A stretch of 64,000 bases of DNA, taken from an uncultured Gammaproteobacteria bacterium. GTDB lineage: Bacteria > Patescibacteriota > Patescibacteriia > UBA9934 > CAZDDW01. Position numbers and translations under genes: made by a program. The stretch's first letter is position 1; the number at the start of each line of letters is the position of its first letter. The stretch lies in contig OZ246408.1 of the NCBI GenBank assembly GCA_965231015.1, positions 147,755 through 211,754 of the forward strand. The letters are read 5' to 3'. This document shows, one piece after another, positions 29,896 to 40,771 of the stretch. Under the pieces are notes generated by a model. It was not told the origin of the DNA. It saw only the letters and a program-made list of their open reading frames with translations, and searched no databases.

Positions 29896-30982
29896 GGTTG
29901 TGCCAGGTTTGGTGGATGAATTTTTTTATTTTTGTCTTAAAAATCTCGCTGTCAAATTGTTCAGCATGAGCACGGATTGAAACCGGATCGTAAGAGGTGT
30001 GTTCAAAATGCATAATTCGATCAGCCAGCTCTTCCCAGCTCTGTTCATCGATAAATTCTCCGGTTAAACCTTCTTCAACAGCTTCGGTGGCTCCACCGGT
30101 GCGCAAAGCAATGACCGGCCGGCCACTGGCCATGGCTTCCACTTGGGTAATTCCAAAGTCTTCTTCGTGCGGGTGCAAAAAGGCAATACACTCTGAATAC
30201 AAGCGGGCTTTTTCTTTCTCGCTCACCCTACCCAAGAATTCGATATTGTCTCCGGCTCGTTCTCGTAGATTAGCTTCTTCCGGACCTGAACCAAAAATTT
30301 TAAGCGGAAGGCCAAGCTTATTAAAAGCATCAATTGCGATATCGAAACGTTTATAAGCAACGAGCCGGCCTCCAATCAGGTAGTATGTCTTGGGTTGGTT
30401 GGAAATAAAAAACTGTTTGGTTTCAACCGGGGGGTGAATTACTACAGAATCCCGGTTGTAGTATTTTTTGATTCTCTTTCTCACCGTTTCCGAATTAGCC
30501 ACAAACACATCCACTCGATCAGCCGCGGCCTTGTCCCACATACGCATATAGGTCAAAAATGGTGGAAGTAATTTTTTAATAAAACCCGGGACACCAAGTT
30601 CTTCAATGTACCGGTGGGTATCGCTCCAAAGATAACGAGTCGGAGTGTGGCAGTAGCAAACGTGAAGAGCGTGCGGATCTGTGATGATTCCTTTGGAGTG
30701 GGCACTGGAGCTTGATAGTACTACGTCGTAGCCGGACAAGTCATGACGTTCAGTGGCGGTTGGCATTAGTGGCAAGTACCACTGGTATTTGGTAAGTGCG
30801 AGTGGCAGTTCTTGGATAAACGAAGTACGGATGTCCTTGCCTGCAAAATTTGGACCTACACGTTCCGGATCATGGAGTAGAGTGTAGGTTGGGGAATTTT
30901 TCCAAACATCTTGAAAAACCGACAGGACCTTTTCGGCCCCACCGGCTTGGATTAAATGATCATGTACCAGCGCGAGTTTCAT
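29879..30982 (-). CDS. Glycosyltransferase family 4
   Basis: VHDHL..GGAEKV, YCHTPTRYLW, EDFGITQVEAMASG. Confidence 0.93.
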   Translation of the reverse strand: MKLALVHDHLIQAGGAEKVLSVFQDVWKNSPTYTLLHDPERVGPNFAGKDIRTSFIQELPLALTKYQWYLPLMPTATERHDLSGYDVVLSSSSAHSKGIITDPHALHVCYCHTPTRYLWSDTHRYIEELGVPGFIKKLLPPFLTYMRMWDKAAADRVDVFVANSETVRKRIKKYYNRDSVVIHPPVETKQFFISNQPKTYYLIGGRLVAYKRFDIAIDAFNKLGLPLKIFGSGPEEANLRERAGDNIEFLGRVSEKEKARLYSECIAFLHPHEEDFGITQVEAMASGRPVIALRTGGATEAVEEGLTGEFIDEQSWEELADRIMHFEHTSYDPVSIRAHAEQFDSEIFKTKIKKFIHQTWHNHAHRY

Positions 30983-30985
30983 AGC

Positions 30986-32407
30986 TTAATAAGCTCCTTT
31001 TTTCCAAAAAACAACTAGCGGTGTTTTGATTAGGATGATTATGTCAAGAAACGGTGTCCAATTCTCAATGTAGTACACATCTAGCCTGATTTCTTCTTCA
31101 AAGTCAAGGTCGGCACGGCCACTGATTTGGGCCAGTCCGGTGATGCCAGGTTTAACCGCATGAACGCGTCGGTGGTGTGGCTGGTATTTGTCCACCTCTT
31201 CTGGTAAATGAGGCCGAGGTCCAACCAGCGACATTCGACCTATCAGAACCAAGTAAAATTCTGGGATTTCATCAATTGAATATTTTCGAATGAATTTTCC
31301 AACGCGAGTGATTCTAGGATCATCTTTTAGTTTGAACAAGGGTGTTCCCCCGCGCTCATTGCCGTACTTTTTAATGAAGTCTTTATCAAAGCGGTACTTG
31401 TGAGCGTCTTTGACCATACTGCGGAACTTGAAGTAGTGGAACGGTTTTCCATCCAACCCGATTCGCATGGTTTTTTTATTGTCTGGTGTTCGAGAGAAAA
31501 GAATTCGGCCGGGTTGCTCAATAAATAATGCCAGAGCCACAAGAGCCTGAAGCGGCAAAGTGATTAAAATCAATAAAAAAGAAATCACAATATCAAACAA
31601 TCTTTTATAAACCGCCCCCCAGCCTTCAAGTGGGGTAGATTTAAATTCGATAATCGGAACCCCGGCCATGGTATGGGCCTCGAAGCGGGTTGAGGCTGAG
31701 TCGAAAACATCAGCAGTGTGTTTAAAATTGATATGTTCCGCGTCAGCAAAATTAAGAATTTTTTGACGCATATCACGCGTGGTCTCTGGGTCAGTAATAA
31801 TAATCTCATCAACCCCATCTTTTTTCTTGAGCCGTGAAATTTTTTTGGCTATCTCATCATTGAATTTGTCGTAGTTGGCTACAGTTATAAATCCAAGACT
31901 GCGCTTAGCTTTGAATTCTTTCATAAGGGCATCAGCTGTTTTGCCTTTCCCGATTACTACCACTTTATGTAGTCCAACACCCAGCCGACGTATGGAGCGT
32001 TGAATCAGCCGAATGATGATTCGTTCAGTTGAAACAAGCAGAATGACTAGCAGCCAGGCGGCCAGCAAAATAAATCGTGATTCAAAAGCTTCCCGAGTAA
32101 AGAAGAGCAGGGCAAAGACAGCGGCCACACCCGCTGCTGAAGCAACAATAATACGTGAGACTTCAACCGTAAGTTTGCGTGGTTGGATTTTATAAAGTCC
32201 GGACATGGCGAAAACCACAACCCAAATCACAGCCACAAAAATGACAATGTTGGTGTACTCCTCAATTCCTAAATCAAAAGTAACCGGACGAATAGCCGTT
32301 AGTTGAGGTAGAAATCGAGAATAGTAGGCAGCAATACCCGCGGCGATTAAAGTAATGTAATCGAGCGGAACAAGCAGAACCGCAAAAAGAAGTTCAGAGC
32401 GTTTCAT
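30986..32407 (-). CDS. Polyprenyl-phosphate sugar phosphotransferase (WcaJ/WbaP-like)
   Basis: N-terminal TM helices; KRLFDI, FKFRSM, DPRITRVG, MSLVGPRP, KPGITGLAQ. Confidence 0.93.
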   Translation of the reverse strand: MKRSELLFAVLLVPLDYITLIAAGIAAYYSRFLPQLTAIRPVTFDLGIEEYTNIVIFVAVIWVVVFAMSGLYKIQPRKLTVEVSRIIVASAAGVAAVFALLFFTREAFESRFILLAAWLLVILLVSTERIIIRLIQRSIRRLGVGLHKVVVIGKGKTADALMKEFKAKRSLGFITVANYDKFNDEIAKKISRLKKKDGVDEIIITDPETTRDMRQKILNFADAEHINFKHTADVFDSASTRFEAHTMAGVPIIEFKSTPLEGWGAVYKRLFDIVISFLLILITLPLQALVALALFIEQPGRILFSRTPDNKKTMRIGLDGKPFHYFKFRSMVKDAHKYRFDKDFIKKYGNERGGTPLFKLKDDPRITRVGKFIRKYSIDEIPEFYLVLIGRMSLVGPRPHLPEEVDKYQPHHRRVHAVKPGITGLAQISGRADLDFEEEIRLDVYYIENWTPFLDIIILIKTPLVVFWKKGAY

Positions 32408-32492
32408 ATTGCATCTATTTTAGCGTAAATCCATTAATAAGCCAAGGTTTGTCATATCAAAAAACGCGAGTTTATAACTCGTGTTTTTGGTT

Positions 32493-32898
32493 GCCTTAGA
32501 AAACCTGTAAGCCGAATTTTGTCGAGGATGATCATCTATCTGGGACGACTGTTGCCAGTCGCCTCATGGAACGTTCGACGTTCCAACGCGAGCTACCAAA
32601 CTTGCTCTTGCACCGGAAAGGGTTTACCACGCACCTGCGTCACCGCAGGGCGAGAAGTGTAGCCGCAAGCGACATCACTTCACTTTTCACGTTTGACCCG
32701 AAGGCTAGTATTGTCTCTGTGGCACTTTCCCTAGGCTTCCAAATTGATCTTTTGTCTCGAGAACAAAATCGCAATTTGTCGCCCGGTCGCCGTTAGCGAC
32801 TTTCCACGCTCCTTAACCGTTGCCGGCCAAGGGGTGTTCGGACTTTCCTCCCCGCACCTTTTTCAAGGATGAAGGGCGATCATCTAGTTTTCAAAGGC
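32493..32898 (-). ncRNA. rnpB: RNase P RNA
   Basis: Minus strand has GAGGAAAGTCCG near the 5' end and AGATAGATGAT...ACAAAATTCGGCTTAC at the 3' end; the termini pair (P1). Confidence 0.95.
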
Positions 32899-32978
32899 CT
32901 ACATAAGATACCACAAAAATTACCTCTTGTCAACCCCCAAACCTTTACAAATTGGCTTATTTATGGCAGAATCGCGGC

Positions 32979-34256
32979 ATGTCTGAAAAGCAATACAATC
33001 CAGAGATTTTGGCTCCAGTTGGAAGCTGGGAGTCTTTAACCACGGCGATAAACGCTGGGGCGGATTCGGTTTATTTTGGTATTGGTGAGCTAAACATGCG
33101 CTCCCACTCGGCCCAGAATTTTACAGTTGAGGATTTACCAGAGATTGCTCGCCAGGTTCACGAGGCCAACATGAAGTGTTATTTGGCCTTGAATGTTTTA
33201 GTGTATGACGAAGAGATTGAAGAAATGAAAGGAATGATTGATGCAGCGAAAGATGCGGGGATTGATGCCGTGATCGCTTTTGATCTCTCAGTAATAAATT
33301 ATGCTCGCGAAATCGGTCAAGACGTTCATATTTCAACCCAACATTCAATTTCAAATATTGAGGCCATTAAGTTTTTCTCTCAGTTCACTGATCGCGTGGT
33401 ACTAGCTCGCGAATTAACGCTCGAGCAAATCGCTGAGATTCGTGATCAGATAAAAGAACAAAATGTACGCGGACCAAAAGGGGAACTTGTCGAAATTGAG
33501 GATTTTATTCATGGCGCCATGTGTGTCTCGGTCTCTGGGCGTTGCGGCATGAGTCTTTATTGCCACAACACTTCGGCTAACCGTGGCAAATGTTTCCAGC
33601 CATGTCGACGCGTGTACCAAGTGACTGATCCAAGCACCGGTAAGGCTATGAAGGTAGATAACAACTTTGTCATGAGTCCGGAAGATCTTTGTACTATTGG
33701 TTTACTTGATGATGTCCTCGAGGCTGGAGTGCAGGTGCTCAAGATCGAAGGGCGCGGTCGTCCAGCTGAGTACGTCGACACCGTGGTGCGTTGTTATCGC
33801 GAAGCGATCGAGGCAATTAACAACGGGACTTACACTGACAAAAAGATTAAAGAATGGAACGAGCGACTCGGTACCGTGTTTAATCGAGGATTGTCCGAGG
33901 GATTCTACCGAGGCAAAGCTTGGAAGTATTGGTCAGGAATTGGTGGCAGTAAAGCAACTGAAACCAAAGAGTTCGTTGGGCCAGTAACGCGGTACTACCC
34001 CAAGCTTGGAGTTGCCGAGATCGCGGTTCAGGCGAGTGAACTTGCCGACGGACAAGAGGTGATATTTATTGGTAAGACCACTGGAGTACACCGGCAGAAG
34101 GCAGAAGAACTGGTTGTAAACGAAAAACCGGTTGAAATATCAAAGCAAGGAGATGAACTAACATTCAAAGTGACTGATCGAGTCCGCAAGGGTGACAATA
34201 TGTATAAGGTGAGCCCTCCTAAACGTCAAAACGAACGGTATCCGGACGCAAAATAA
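32979..34256 (+). CDS. U32 family protein (TrhP/PrtC-like)
   Basis: EILAPVG, GADSVYFG, RVVLAREL, HGAMCVSVSGRC, NRGKCFQPCR, LKIEGR. Confidence 0.9.
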   Translation: MSEKQYNPEILAPVGSWESLTTAINAGADSVYFGIGELNMRSHSAQNFTVEDLPEIARQVHEANMKCYLALNVLVYDEEIEEMKGMIDAAKDAGIDAVIAFDLSVINYAREIGQDVHISTQHSISNIEAIKFFSQFTDRVVLARELTLEQIAEIRDQIKEQNVRGPKGELVEIEDFIHGAMCVSVSGRCGMSLYCHNTSANRGKCFQPCRRVYQVTDPSTGKAMKVDNNFVMSPEDLCTIGLLDDVLEAGVQVLKIEGRGRPAEYVDTVVRCYREAIEAINNGTYTDKKIKEWNERLGTVFNRGLSEGFYRGKAWKYWSGIGGSKATETKEFVGPVTRYYPKLGVAEIAVQASELADGQEVIFIGKTTGVHRQKAEELVVNEKPVEISKQGDELTFKVTDRVRKGDNMYKVSPPKRQNERYPDAK

Positions 34257-34291
34257 AACAGAGCCGGAAGCGGACTCTGTTTTTTGATTTT

Positions 34292-35281
34292 TTACAATTC
34301 AATTCCGATTTGTTTGCGTACTTTTTTCATATTCTTTTCCGCGATCTTTTTGGCCCGTTTTGCTCCGTCATCTAAAATCTTTTTGATCTTACCCGGGTTC
34401 TTCATCAGGTTTGCGTGTTTCTTTTTAATCGGGGACAAGAACTCGACCACAGCTTCAGCCAAATCATTTTTAAAATCAGCGTATCCTTTTCCATCATAAT
34501 CTTTCTCGATTTCTGTCGGTGTTTTTCCAGTTACGGCACTCATAATGGTGATCAGATTGTAGACACCAGGTCGGTTTTTGTCGTACTTAATAGTTCCTTC
34601 AGAGTCGGTTTGGGCTGACTTGATTTTCTTTCGAATCACTTCATCTTCATCAGTAAGTGCAATATAATTCTTTGGGCTTGAAGCTGACTTGCTCATTTTT
34701 TTGCTCGGGTCATCCAGTCCCATAATCCGTGCCCCTTCTTTTTTGATCCTTGGATCAGGTACTATAAACGTTTGGCCAAAATCTCGATTAAATCGTTCAG
34801 CCAGATCCCTGGCTAACTCTACATGTTGCTTCTGATCTTCTCCAACCGGAACCACGTCCGTGTCATAAAGCAAAATGTCAGCGGCCATCAAACATGGGTA
34901 CGTAAACAACCCCACACCAACCGAGTCATGTTTGCCGCGTCCTTTTTCTTTGTACTGGGTCATCCGTTCTAGCTCACCCATTCGGGTTAACGTCGTTAAG
35001 ATCCAACCGAGCTCAGTATGCTCGCTCACCCGTGACTGTTGAAACAGAATGGCTTTTTTAGGATCAATTCCCGATGCCAAATATGATGCAGCTAAATTCA
35101 GAATGTTGTTCTCGAGTTCTTTTGGTTCTTGAGGGACGGTGATGGCATGTAAGTCAACAATACAAAAAATACTGTTGAACTCATTTTGCATTTCTACAAA
35201 TTGCTGAATGGCCCCAATATAGTTACCTAAATGAATGTTGTTAGTTGGCTGAATGCCGGAGAATATGCGTTGTTTTGTCAT
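34292..35281 (-). CDS. trpS: Tryptophan--tRNA ligase
   Basis: FSGIQPT..HLGNY, VPVGEDQKQH, KMSKS. Confidence 0.97.
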   Translation of the reverse strand: MTKQRIFSGIQPTNNIHLGNYIGAIQQFVEMQNEFNSIFCIVDLHAITVPQEPKELENNILNLAASYLASGIDPKKAILFQQSRVSEHTELGWILTTLTRMGELERMTQYKEKGRGKHDSVGVGLFTYPCLMAADILLYDTDVVPVGEDQKQHVELARDLAERFNRDFGQTFIVPDPRIKKEGARIMGLDDPSKKMSKSASSPKNYIALTDEDEVIRKKIKSAQTDSEGTIKYDKNRPGVYNLITIMSAVTGKTPTEIEKDYDGKGYADFKNDLAEAVVEFLSPIKKKHANLMKNPGKIKKILDDGAKRAKKIAEKNMKKVRKQIGIEL

Positions 35282-35381
35282 ATGGGGAGATGATATCATC
35301 AAATAAGCAACGAAGCAACGAAACAAAGAAACAAGCAGTTTGCTTGCTTCTTTGCTTTATTGTTTAGTTGTTTCGTTGATC

Positions 35382-37184
35382 TTACACCTCAATAACCACC
35401 GGCAGAACCATTGGTCGGCGCTCCGTCTTTTTAAAGAGGAAGCTACCAATGTCATTTCTAATACGATTTTTGATGTAATCGATATCTGCCTGCGATTTTG
35501 GATCTTTATCATGGACAATGTTTTTAACTCGTTTTCGAGTATCCTCAATCAGCTTCTTATTTTCTTTCATATAAACGAAACCTCGGCTGATAATGTCCGG
35601 ACTGCCTACGAGTTTGCCAGTCTTTTTGGCAACTTGAGCAATCACGACCACCATTCCTTCTTCACTTAGAACCTGACGGTCGCGTAGCACTACTTGTGAA
35701 ACGTCTCCCACGCCAAGTCCATCTACGAAAACGTAGTCAGACGGGATCTTCTCGTTGGTCAGGCGTCCTTCACCTTTTTTAAATTCCAGGATCTGTCCGT
35801 TTTCTGAGATGAAAATGTGGTCGTCATCATAACCAAGCGAGTTGGCTATTTCTGCGTTCTTGCTCATCAGATATTGGGTTCCCTCAATCGGAACATAATA
35901 TTTTGGTCGCATTAAACTGATCATGAGTTTAATGTCCTCGGCATTGGCGTGACCACTCGCGTGAATGTCAAGCATTTTTGAGTGCAGGATTTTGGCTTTT
36001 CGTTTGGCCAAAGTATCACGCAAACGTGAGACGGCAACCTCGTTTCCTGGAATAATCGAACTTGAGAAAACCACGGTGTCACCCGGAATAATTCGTACAC
36101 TCTTGTGTTCATTGTTGGCAATTCGCATCAAAGCCGCTCGTTGCTCACCCTGGGCTCCGGTACAAATTAAGAGTACCTTGTGTTTAGGATAGTTATCTAT
36201 CTGTTCCGGAGTAATGATTGTACTTGGAGAGAATTCCAAATAACCGAGTCCTTTTGCAATCTCAATGTTTGTTTTCATCGAATATCCGTCAACTGCAACT
36301 TTTCGTCCAAGCTTTTCTGAAATTTCAATAATTTGTTTAATTCGAGCTAGCTGTGAAGCAAAAGTACCGATGATGATTCGTCCCTTGGCATCCTTTATCA
36401 ACTGTTCAATATTTTTACCGATTTCACGTTCAGAAATAGTATGTCCCGGACTACCGGCGTTTGTTGAGTCTGAGAACAAAGCCATGACTCCCTCTTGACC
36501 CAGCTGGGCAATACGTCCGAAGTCAGCCGGAGTAGTTCCTGATGGATGGAAGTCAAATTTCCAGTCTCCGGTATGAACCACACGTCCCTCTGGAGTGTCA
36601 ATTACAATTCCTACTGAATCAGGAATTGAATGATTTAAGTGAATGAAAGAAACTTTAAATTTTCCAAGCTGCAGTGTGTCGTCAACTTTAATTTGTTTTA
36701 CGTCAATGTTACGACCATGAAAATCTTCCTGTTTCTTTTTAATCATTCCTGCGGCCATGGGCATGGCATACACGGGTGGATTACCAATGTTTGGAAGCAC
36801 ATGAGGAATACCACCTATGTGATCAAGGTGACCGTGAGTGATTACGACCCCACGGATATTTTGCTCTTTTCCTTTTACGTATTCCATGTTCGGAATCGCA
36901 TAATCGATTCCTGGCATGGTGTCTTCAGGAAATTCAAGTCCCATGTCAATAAACATGATGTCATTTCCGTATTCAAGCATGGTACAGTTTCGCCCGACCT
37001 CTTCAGCGCCACCCACTAGGGCAATACGAAGCTTGCCAAAAGTTTTGGTCGGCTTTCTGGCGCGAGTTGATTTATTGTTTGTTTTTTTGTCAGAGTGACG
37101 TTGTTTTGTCTTTCTGGTCTTCTGAGACTTTCCGGCCTTCTGAGCCTTCTTTGTCTTTCGGACTTTTTTACCTTTCTCAACCAT
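35382..37184 (-). CDS. rnj: Ribonuclease J
   Basis: GGAEEVGRN, THGHLDHIGG, HTGDWK, HASGH, RRPMVLPV. Confidence 0.96.
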   Translation of the reverse strand: MVEKGKKVRKTKKAQKAGKSQKTRKTKQRHSDKKTNNKSTRARKPTKTFGKLRIALVGGAEEVGRNCTMLEYGNDIMFIDMGLEFPEDTMPGIDYAIPNMEYVKGKEQNIRGVVITHGHLDHIGGIPHVLPNIGNPPVYAMPMAAGMIKKKQEDFHGRNIDVKQIKVDDTLQLGKFKVSFIHLNHSIPDSVGIVIDTPEGRVVHTGDWKFDFHPSGTTPADFGRIAQLGQEGVMALFSDSTNAGSPGHTISEREIGKNIEQLIKDAKGRIIIGTFASQLARIKQIIEISEKLGRKVAVDGYSMKTNIEIAKGLGYLEFSPSTIITPEQIDNYPKHKVLLICTGAQGEQRAALMRIANNEHKSVRIIPGDTVVFSSSIIPGNEVAVSRLRDTLAKRKAKILHSKMLDIHASGHANAEDIKLMISLMRPKYYVPIEGTQYLMSKNAEIANSLGYDDDHIFISENGQILEFKKGEGRLTNEKIPSDYVFVDGLGVGDVSQVVLRDRQVLSEEGMVVVIAQVAKKTGKLVGSPDIISRGFVYMKENKKLIEDTRKRVKNIVHDKDPKSQADIDYIKNRIRNDIGSFLFKKTERRPMVLPVVIEV

Positions 37185-37398
37185 AAAAAAGAATAATTAA
37201 TGTGAATTATGTTGAGTCATATTCTCGAAAGTTCGAGAATCAATCCGTGGCCCACGAGTCCGAACTCGTAAAACATGGATTGATTCTGGCTGGCCTGCCA
37301 GCCGTAGATCCAGCTATATTTTATCTTTGGTCCTCCTTCGCCAAGGCTTCGGAAGACAACCTCCGCTCCACCAGCAAATACCTTGCTGGAGCGAAGGT

Positions 37399-37485
37399 TG
37401 GTGCCGCGAGTGGGACTCGAACCCACACGAGATTGCTCCCACTACGACCTGAACGTAGGGCGTCTGCCAATTCCGCCACCGCGGC
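37399..37485 (-). tRNA. tRNA-Leu(CAG)
   Basis: Cloverleaf with long variable arm, anticodon loop TT-CAG-GT, encoded CCA. Confidence 0.95.
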
Positions 37486-37537
37486 TGATATTAAATTCCC
37501 TAAGTCTTTAAAGAGGCTGTAGTTTAGCAGAAATAAC

Positions 37538-39559
37538 TTATTCTGTCAACCCTTCTTCTTCTAAATTTTCTTCGTTTTCTTCAGGCTCGTCATTAGAGCT
37601 TTCATCTGTTTCTTCCTCACTTTCACTGTTTGATTCATTTTCGACTTCAGTTTCAATAACCTCATCCACCTCTTCATTAGCAGGACTTTCTAAGTCCTCT
37701 TCGTTTTCAGTATCATCTTTTGTGTTTATCTGCCAGGGCCAAATAATACTCATTTTAGTTTTAACGTACCACTCAGAAATTGTTCCAAAACGGTCCGCCG
37801 GAGTGTTGATTTGGTCTAAGGTTACATTTTGAATTTTATTTGGAAGGGCATAACGATAAGTTGGTTGATAGAGGAATACAGCCGGCACATCCTCAGTTAG
37901 CAGGTCTTGAAATTCGATATATTTTGTAGCCCGTTCGATTGGATCCGTGGTAATCCTTGCCTCTTCTAGCAGTTCGTCCACATTACGGTTGGTGTAGTTC
38001 GACAGGTTGAGTCCGGAGTCAGTAGCCTGGGAAGAATGCCAGAAAGGAAATGGATCCGGGTCAATTCCCATGAGTTCCCCGGTGAAAAACATTTCGTATT
38101 TGCGTCCAGTTAATACGGTGGCGTTCAGTTCGGTTGCCCCAACAACTCGAATTTCTGTTTTTACTCCAACTGCCATCCACTGTTCCTTAATGATTTCCGC
38201 ACTGCTGATGAATTCTGGTTGATCTAATACAGTTAGAGTAAAAGTAAGCTCTGTTTCTTCACCATCTACGGTTTTACTTCGGTAAGGTGCATTTTCATTC
38301 CAGGTCCAACCTTCTTCATCAAACAGATTGTTCGCAGCTTCCTGACTATATTCGTAAACTGTGACGTTTTTATGATAACCAAGCATGCCCGGCAAGATCG
38401 GAGCGTTGATTACCGTGCCGTTGCCCCCTAAAATGTCAGAGACAATTTGATCTCGGTTCAGAGCGTGAGTCAAAGCAGTTCTGATGTTCACTTCTTCGAT
38501 TTCAGTTCCGGAATCAAGATTGAAGAAAATAGCACTGACTTGCGGAATACCCGGCCGAAACATGTTGACCCCGCGCAAGCCTGATATTTCTTCTGCCAGA
38601 TCAGTCGGCACAAACCCTAGTCCTTCTACATTTTTGTTTTCCAAAGCTTGTAATGCCTCAGCACTGGTGTTGTAAAATTTAAAAGTGAGTTGTTCAATCA
38701 TGGGAGCCTGGGCATAATAATCGGTGTTTCGGATTAAGGTGTATGAGCCAATGTTGCCAAGTTTATCCTTTGTGAAAACATCGAATTTGTATGGACCACT
38801 GCCAATTGGAGTAAGGTTGAGTTCAGTCAAAGTTGCCCGTTTTGGAGCCACACTCTCCCAAATATGAGAAGGTAGAATTCCTACGGTCAAACTGGATAGG
38901 AAAGGTGCAAACGGTTCCGGCAGAATAAACTGGAATGTTTTTTCATCGACTTGAGCTACTCCAATATTTTTGAAACTAACCGAAAGCGGACTTTTATATT
39001 CTGGATTTTGAATGGCCTGAATAGTAAACACAACATCGCTGGCTCGGACCGGCTCACCATCGTGCCACTTAGCGTCTTCGCGAATAGTAACCGTATAGAT
39101 GGTTTGGTCTTCTGAAATTTCGTAAGAAGCGGCCAGGTCAGGCACTAATCCGTTAACCGGATCAAATTTAAAAAGACCGCTAAAGACAAGTTGAGCTAAA
39201 TCAGCATCTACGTCAGAAGCAATAGAATAGAGAGGATTAACAAATTGTGGCTCACCGACTAATCCTTCAGTATATTCACCGCCAACAGCCGGTACTTCCT
39301 CTCGGTGATTAACCCCATACCACGCTCCAATAAAAATAAAAGCCACTACAAGTGTTCCAAGAGCCAGTCGAAAAAACAGCAATTCGGTTTTGGTCAGCAC
39401 CTCTGGCAAACGTTTCCATTGTCGAAAATTAGGTAACGTCCGTTCCCGGGTTACCTTTAAGACGTGTTCCGTGGTCAAATCCTTCTCACCACGGTGAAAC
39501 ATTTTTTCTATCTTTGACCATCCCTTACGAAGATGGCCAAGGGGGTCGTCTAATTTCAT
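37538..39559 (-). CDS. ABC transporter peptide-binding protein (family 5), membrane anchored
   Basis: GGEYTEG, PDLA..Y, WHDGEPV.A.DVVFT, PIGSGPYKF. Confidence 0.92.
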   Translation of the reverse strand: MKLDDPLGHLRKGWSKIEKMFHRGEKDLTTEHVLKVTRERTLPNFRQWKRLPEVLTKTELLFFRLALGTLVVAFIFIGAWYGVNHREEVPAVGGEYTEGLVGEPQFVNPLYSIASDVDADLAQLVFSGLFKFDPVNGLVPDLAASYEISEDQTIYTVTIREDAKWHDGEPVRASDVVFTIQAIQNPEYKSPLSVSFKNIGVAQVDEKTFQFILPEPFAPFLSSLTVGILPSHIWESVAPKRATLTELNLTPIGSGPYKFDVFTKDKLGNIGSYTLIRNTDYYAQAPMIEQLTFKFYNTSAEALQALENKNVEGLGFVPTDLAEEISGLRGVNMFRPGIPQVSAIFFNLDSGTEIEEVNIRTALTHALNRDQIVSDILGGNGTVINAPILPGMLGYHKNVTVYEYSQEAANNLFDEEGWTWNENAPYRSKTVDGEETELTFTLTVLDQPEFISSAEIIKEQWMAVGVKTEIRVVGATELNATVLTGRKYEMFFTGELMGIDPDPFPFWHSSQATDSGLNLSNYTNRNVDELLEEARITTDPIERATKYIEFQDLLTEDVPAVFLYQPTYRYALPNKIQNVTLDQINTPADRFGTISEWYVKTKMSIIWPWQINTKDDTENEEDLESPANEEVDEVIETEVENESNSESEEETDESSNDEPEENEENLEEEGLTE

Positions 39560-39570
39560 GAAGAAAATCC

Positions 39571-39789
39571 CTAGTAGATAACGTTAGCGATCGACACAGC
39601 AAAGAATAGAATGGCGACCACAATCGTTAGTTGGAAGAGCTTTTTTTCAACTCCACGTTTGGTTCGAAAAACATTTCCTTCACCACCAAAGGCTGAACCA
39701 AGTCCTGTGCCACGAGCCTGAACCAGGATGGCAACAATAAGAATGATGGCTAGGATTAATTGTGTAATATTGAGAATCGTGTCAGTCAT
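39571..39789 (-). CDS. secG: Preprotein translocase subunit SecG
   Basis: ILVQARGTGLGSAFGG...RGVEK between two TM helices. Confidence 0.93.
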   Translation of the reverse strand: MTDTILNITQLILAIILIVAILVQARGTGLGSAFGGEGNVFRTKRGVEKKLFQLTIVVAILFFAVSIANVIY

Positions 39790-40035
39790 ATTTTTAGCTT
39801 ACTACAAGCACGAGGATTATATGATAGTCCTGGTTTCTTGTCAATCCAACAATTAACTCTTCTTGGCTAATTTCTGCGCTAATTGTTTGGTTCCACGACC
39901 GCTGACTCGCATTTTTGGCTGTTTTTTTCGTTTTCTTCGTTCTGCCTTTTTGGCCAGCCGGGTTTCTTCCGGGTATTCACTCATAAGACGCTCTTAAGCC
40001 TTTACTATTTACATGATATACTGAAAGACAAGAAT

Positions 40036-40770
40036 ATGCGAGGTGAAATTGGGGGAAAATCCACAAGACATATCGGTTGGACCGTGTTAGCGGTGGTGCT
40101 TTTGATAATTTTAGCTCTTTTTGCCCTTCGGGTAATTATTATTTACGACAAGATTAGTAGAGGTGATTACCATGATTTAGCTATTGATTTTAGTGGATAT
40201 GTGAGCACAGGGCAGGGTTTGGTAGAAAGTAGTGATGACGAGGTGTATGATGTGGCGACAGAAGATGACCCGAGTTTTGGTCCTGATGGTGCGCCCTTAA
40301 CCATTGTGCAGTTTGCTGACTTTGATTGTCCGTATTGTGCAGATACCGCCTACACTGTTCGCCGCTTGCAAGGTCGGTATCCGGATCAAATTAAGTTTAT
40401 CTTTCGCGATTTTCCGATTACAGAAAATCATCCCGATGCTCAGTTAGCCGCCGAGGCAGCTGAGTGTGCCAACGAACAAGGAAAGTTTTGGGAGTTCCAT
40501 GATAAATTGTATCAGAACCAGTCAGATCAAAGCCGTGAGGTGTTAAAAAGATTCGCTGTTGAACTTAACATGGATTACAATGAATTTGTTGGTTGTTTAA
40601 ATAGTGGCCGTTATCGAAGTGAGGTTCAGGAAGATTACGCTGATGGAGTTATGGCCGGAGTTTATGGTACACCAACGTTCTTTTTTAACGGTCATCGAGT
40701 TCAGGGAGCAATTCCTGACGACGTTTTTTCACTCATCGTCGATGCTTTTTTAACGGGTACTGCCGAGTAG
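40036..40770 (+). CDS. DsbA/thioredoxin-fold oxidoreductase
   Basis: FADFDCPYC, FRDFP, GVYGTPTFFFNG; one N-terminal TM helix. Confidence 0.92.
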   Translation: MRGEIGGKSTRHIGWTVLAVVLLIILALFALRVIIIYDKISRGDYHDLAIDFSGYVSTGQGLVESSDDEVYDVATEDDPSFGPDGAPLTIVQFADFDCPYCADTAYTVRRLQGRYPDQIKFIFRDFPITENHPDAQLAAEAAECANEQGKFWEFHDKLYQNQSDQSREVLKRFAVELNMDYNEFVGCLNSGRYRSEVQEDYADGVMAGVYGTPTFFFNGHRVQGAIPDDVFSLIVDAFLTGTAE

Positions 40771-40771
40771 T

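Noticed and set aside
32566-32796. 76-aa ORF
   Set aside because: Lies antisense within the RNase P RNA gene
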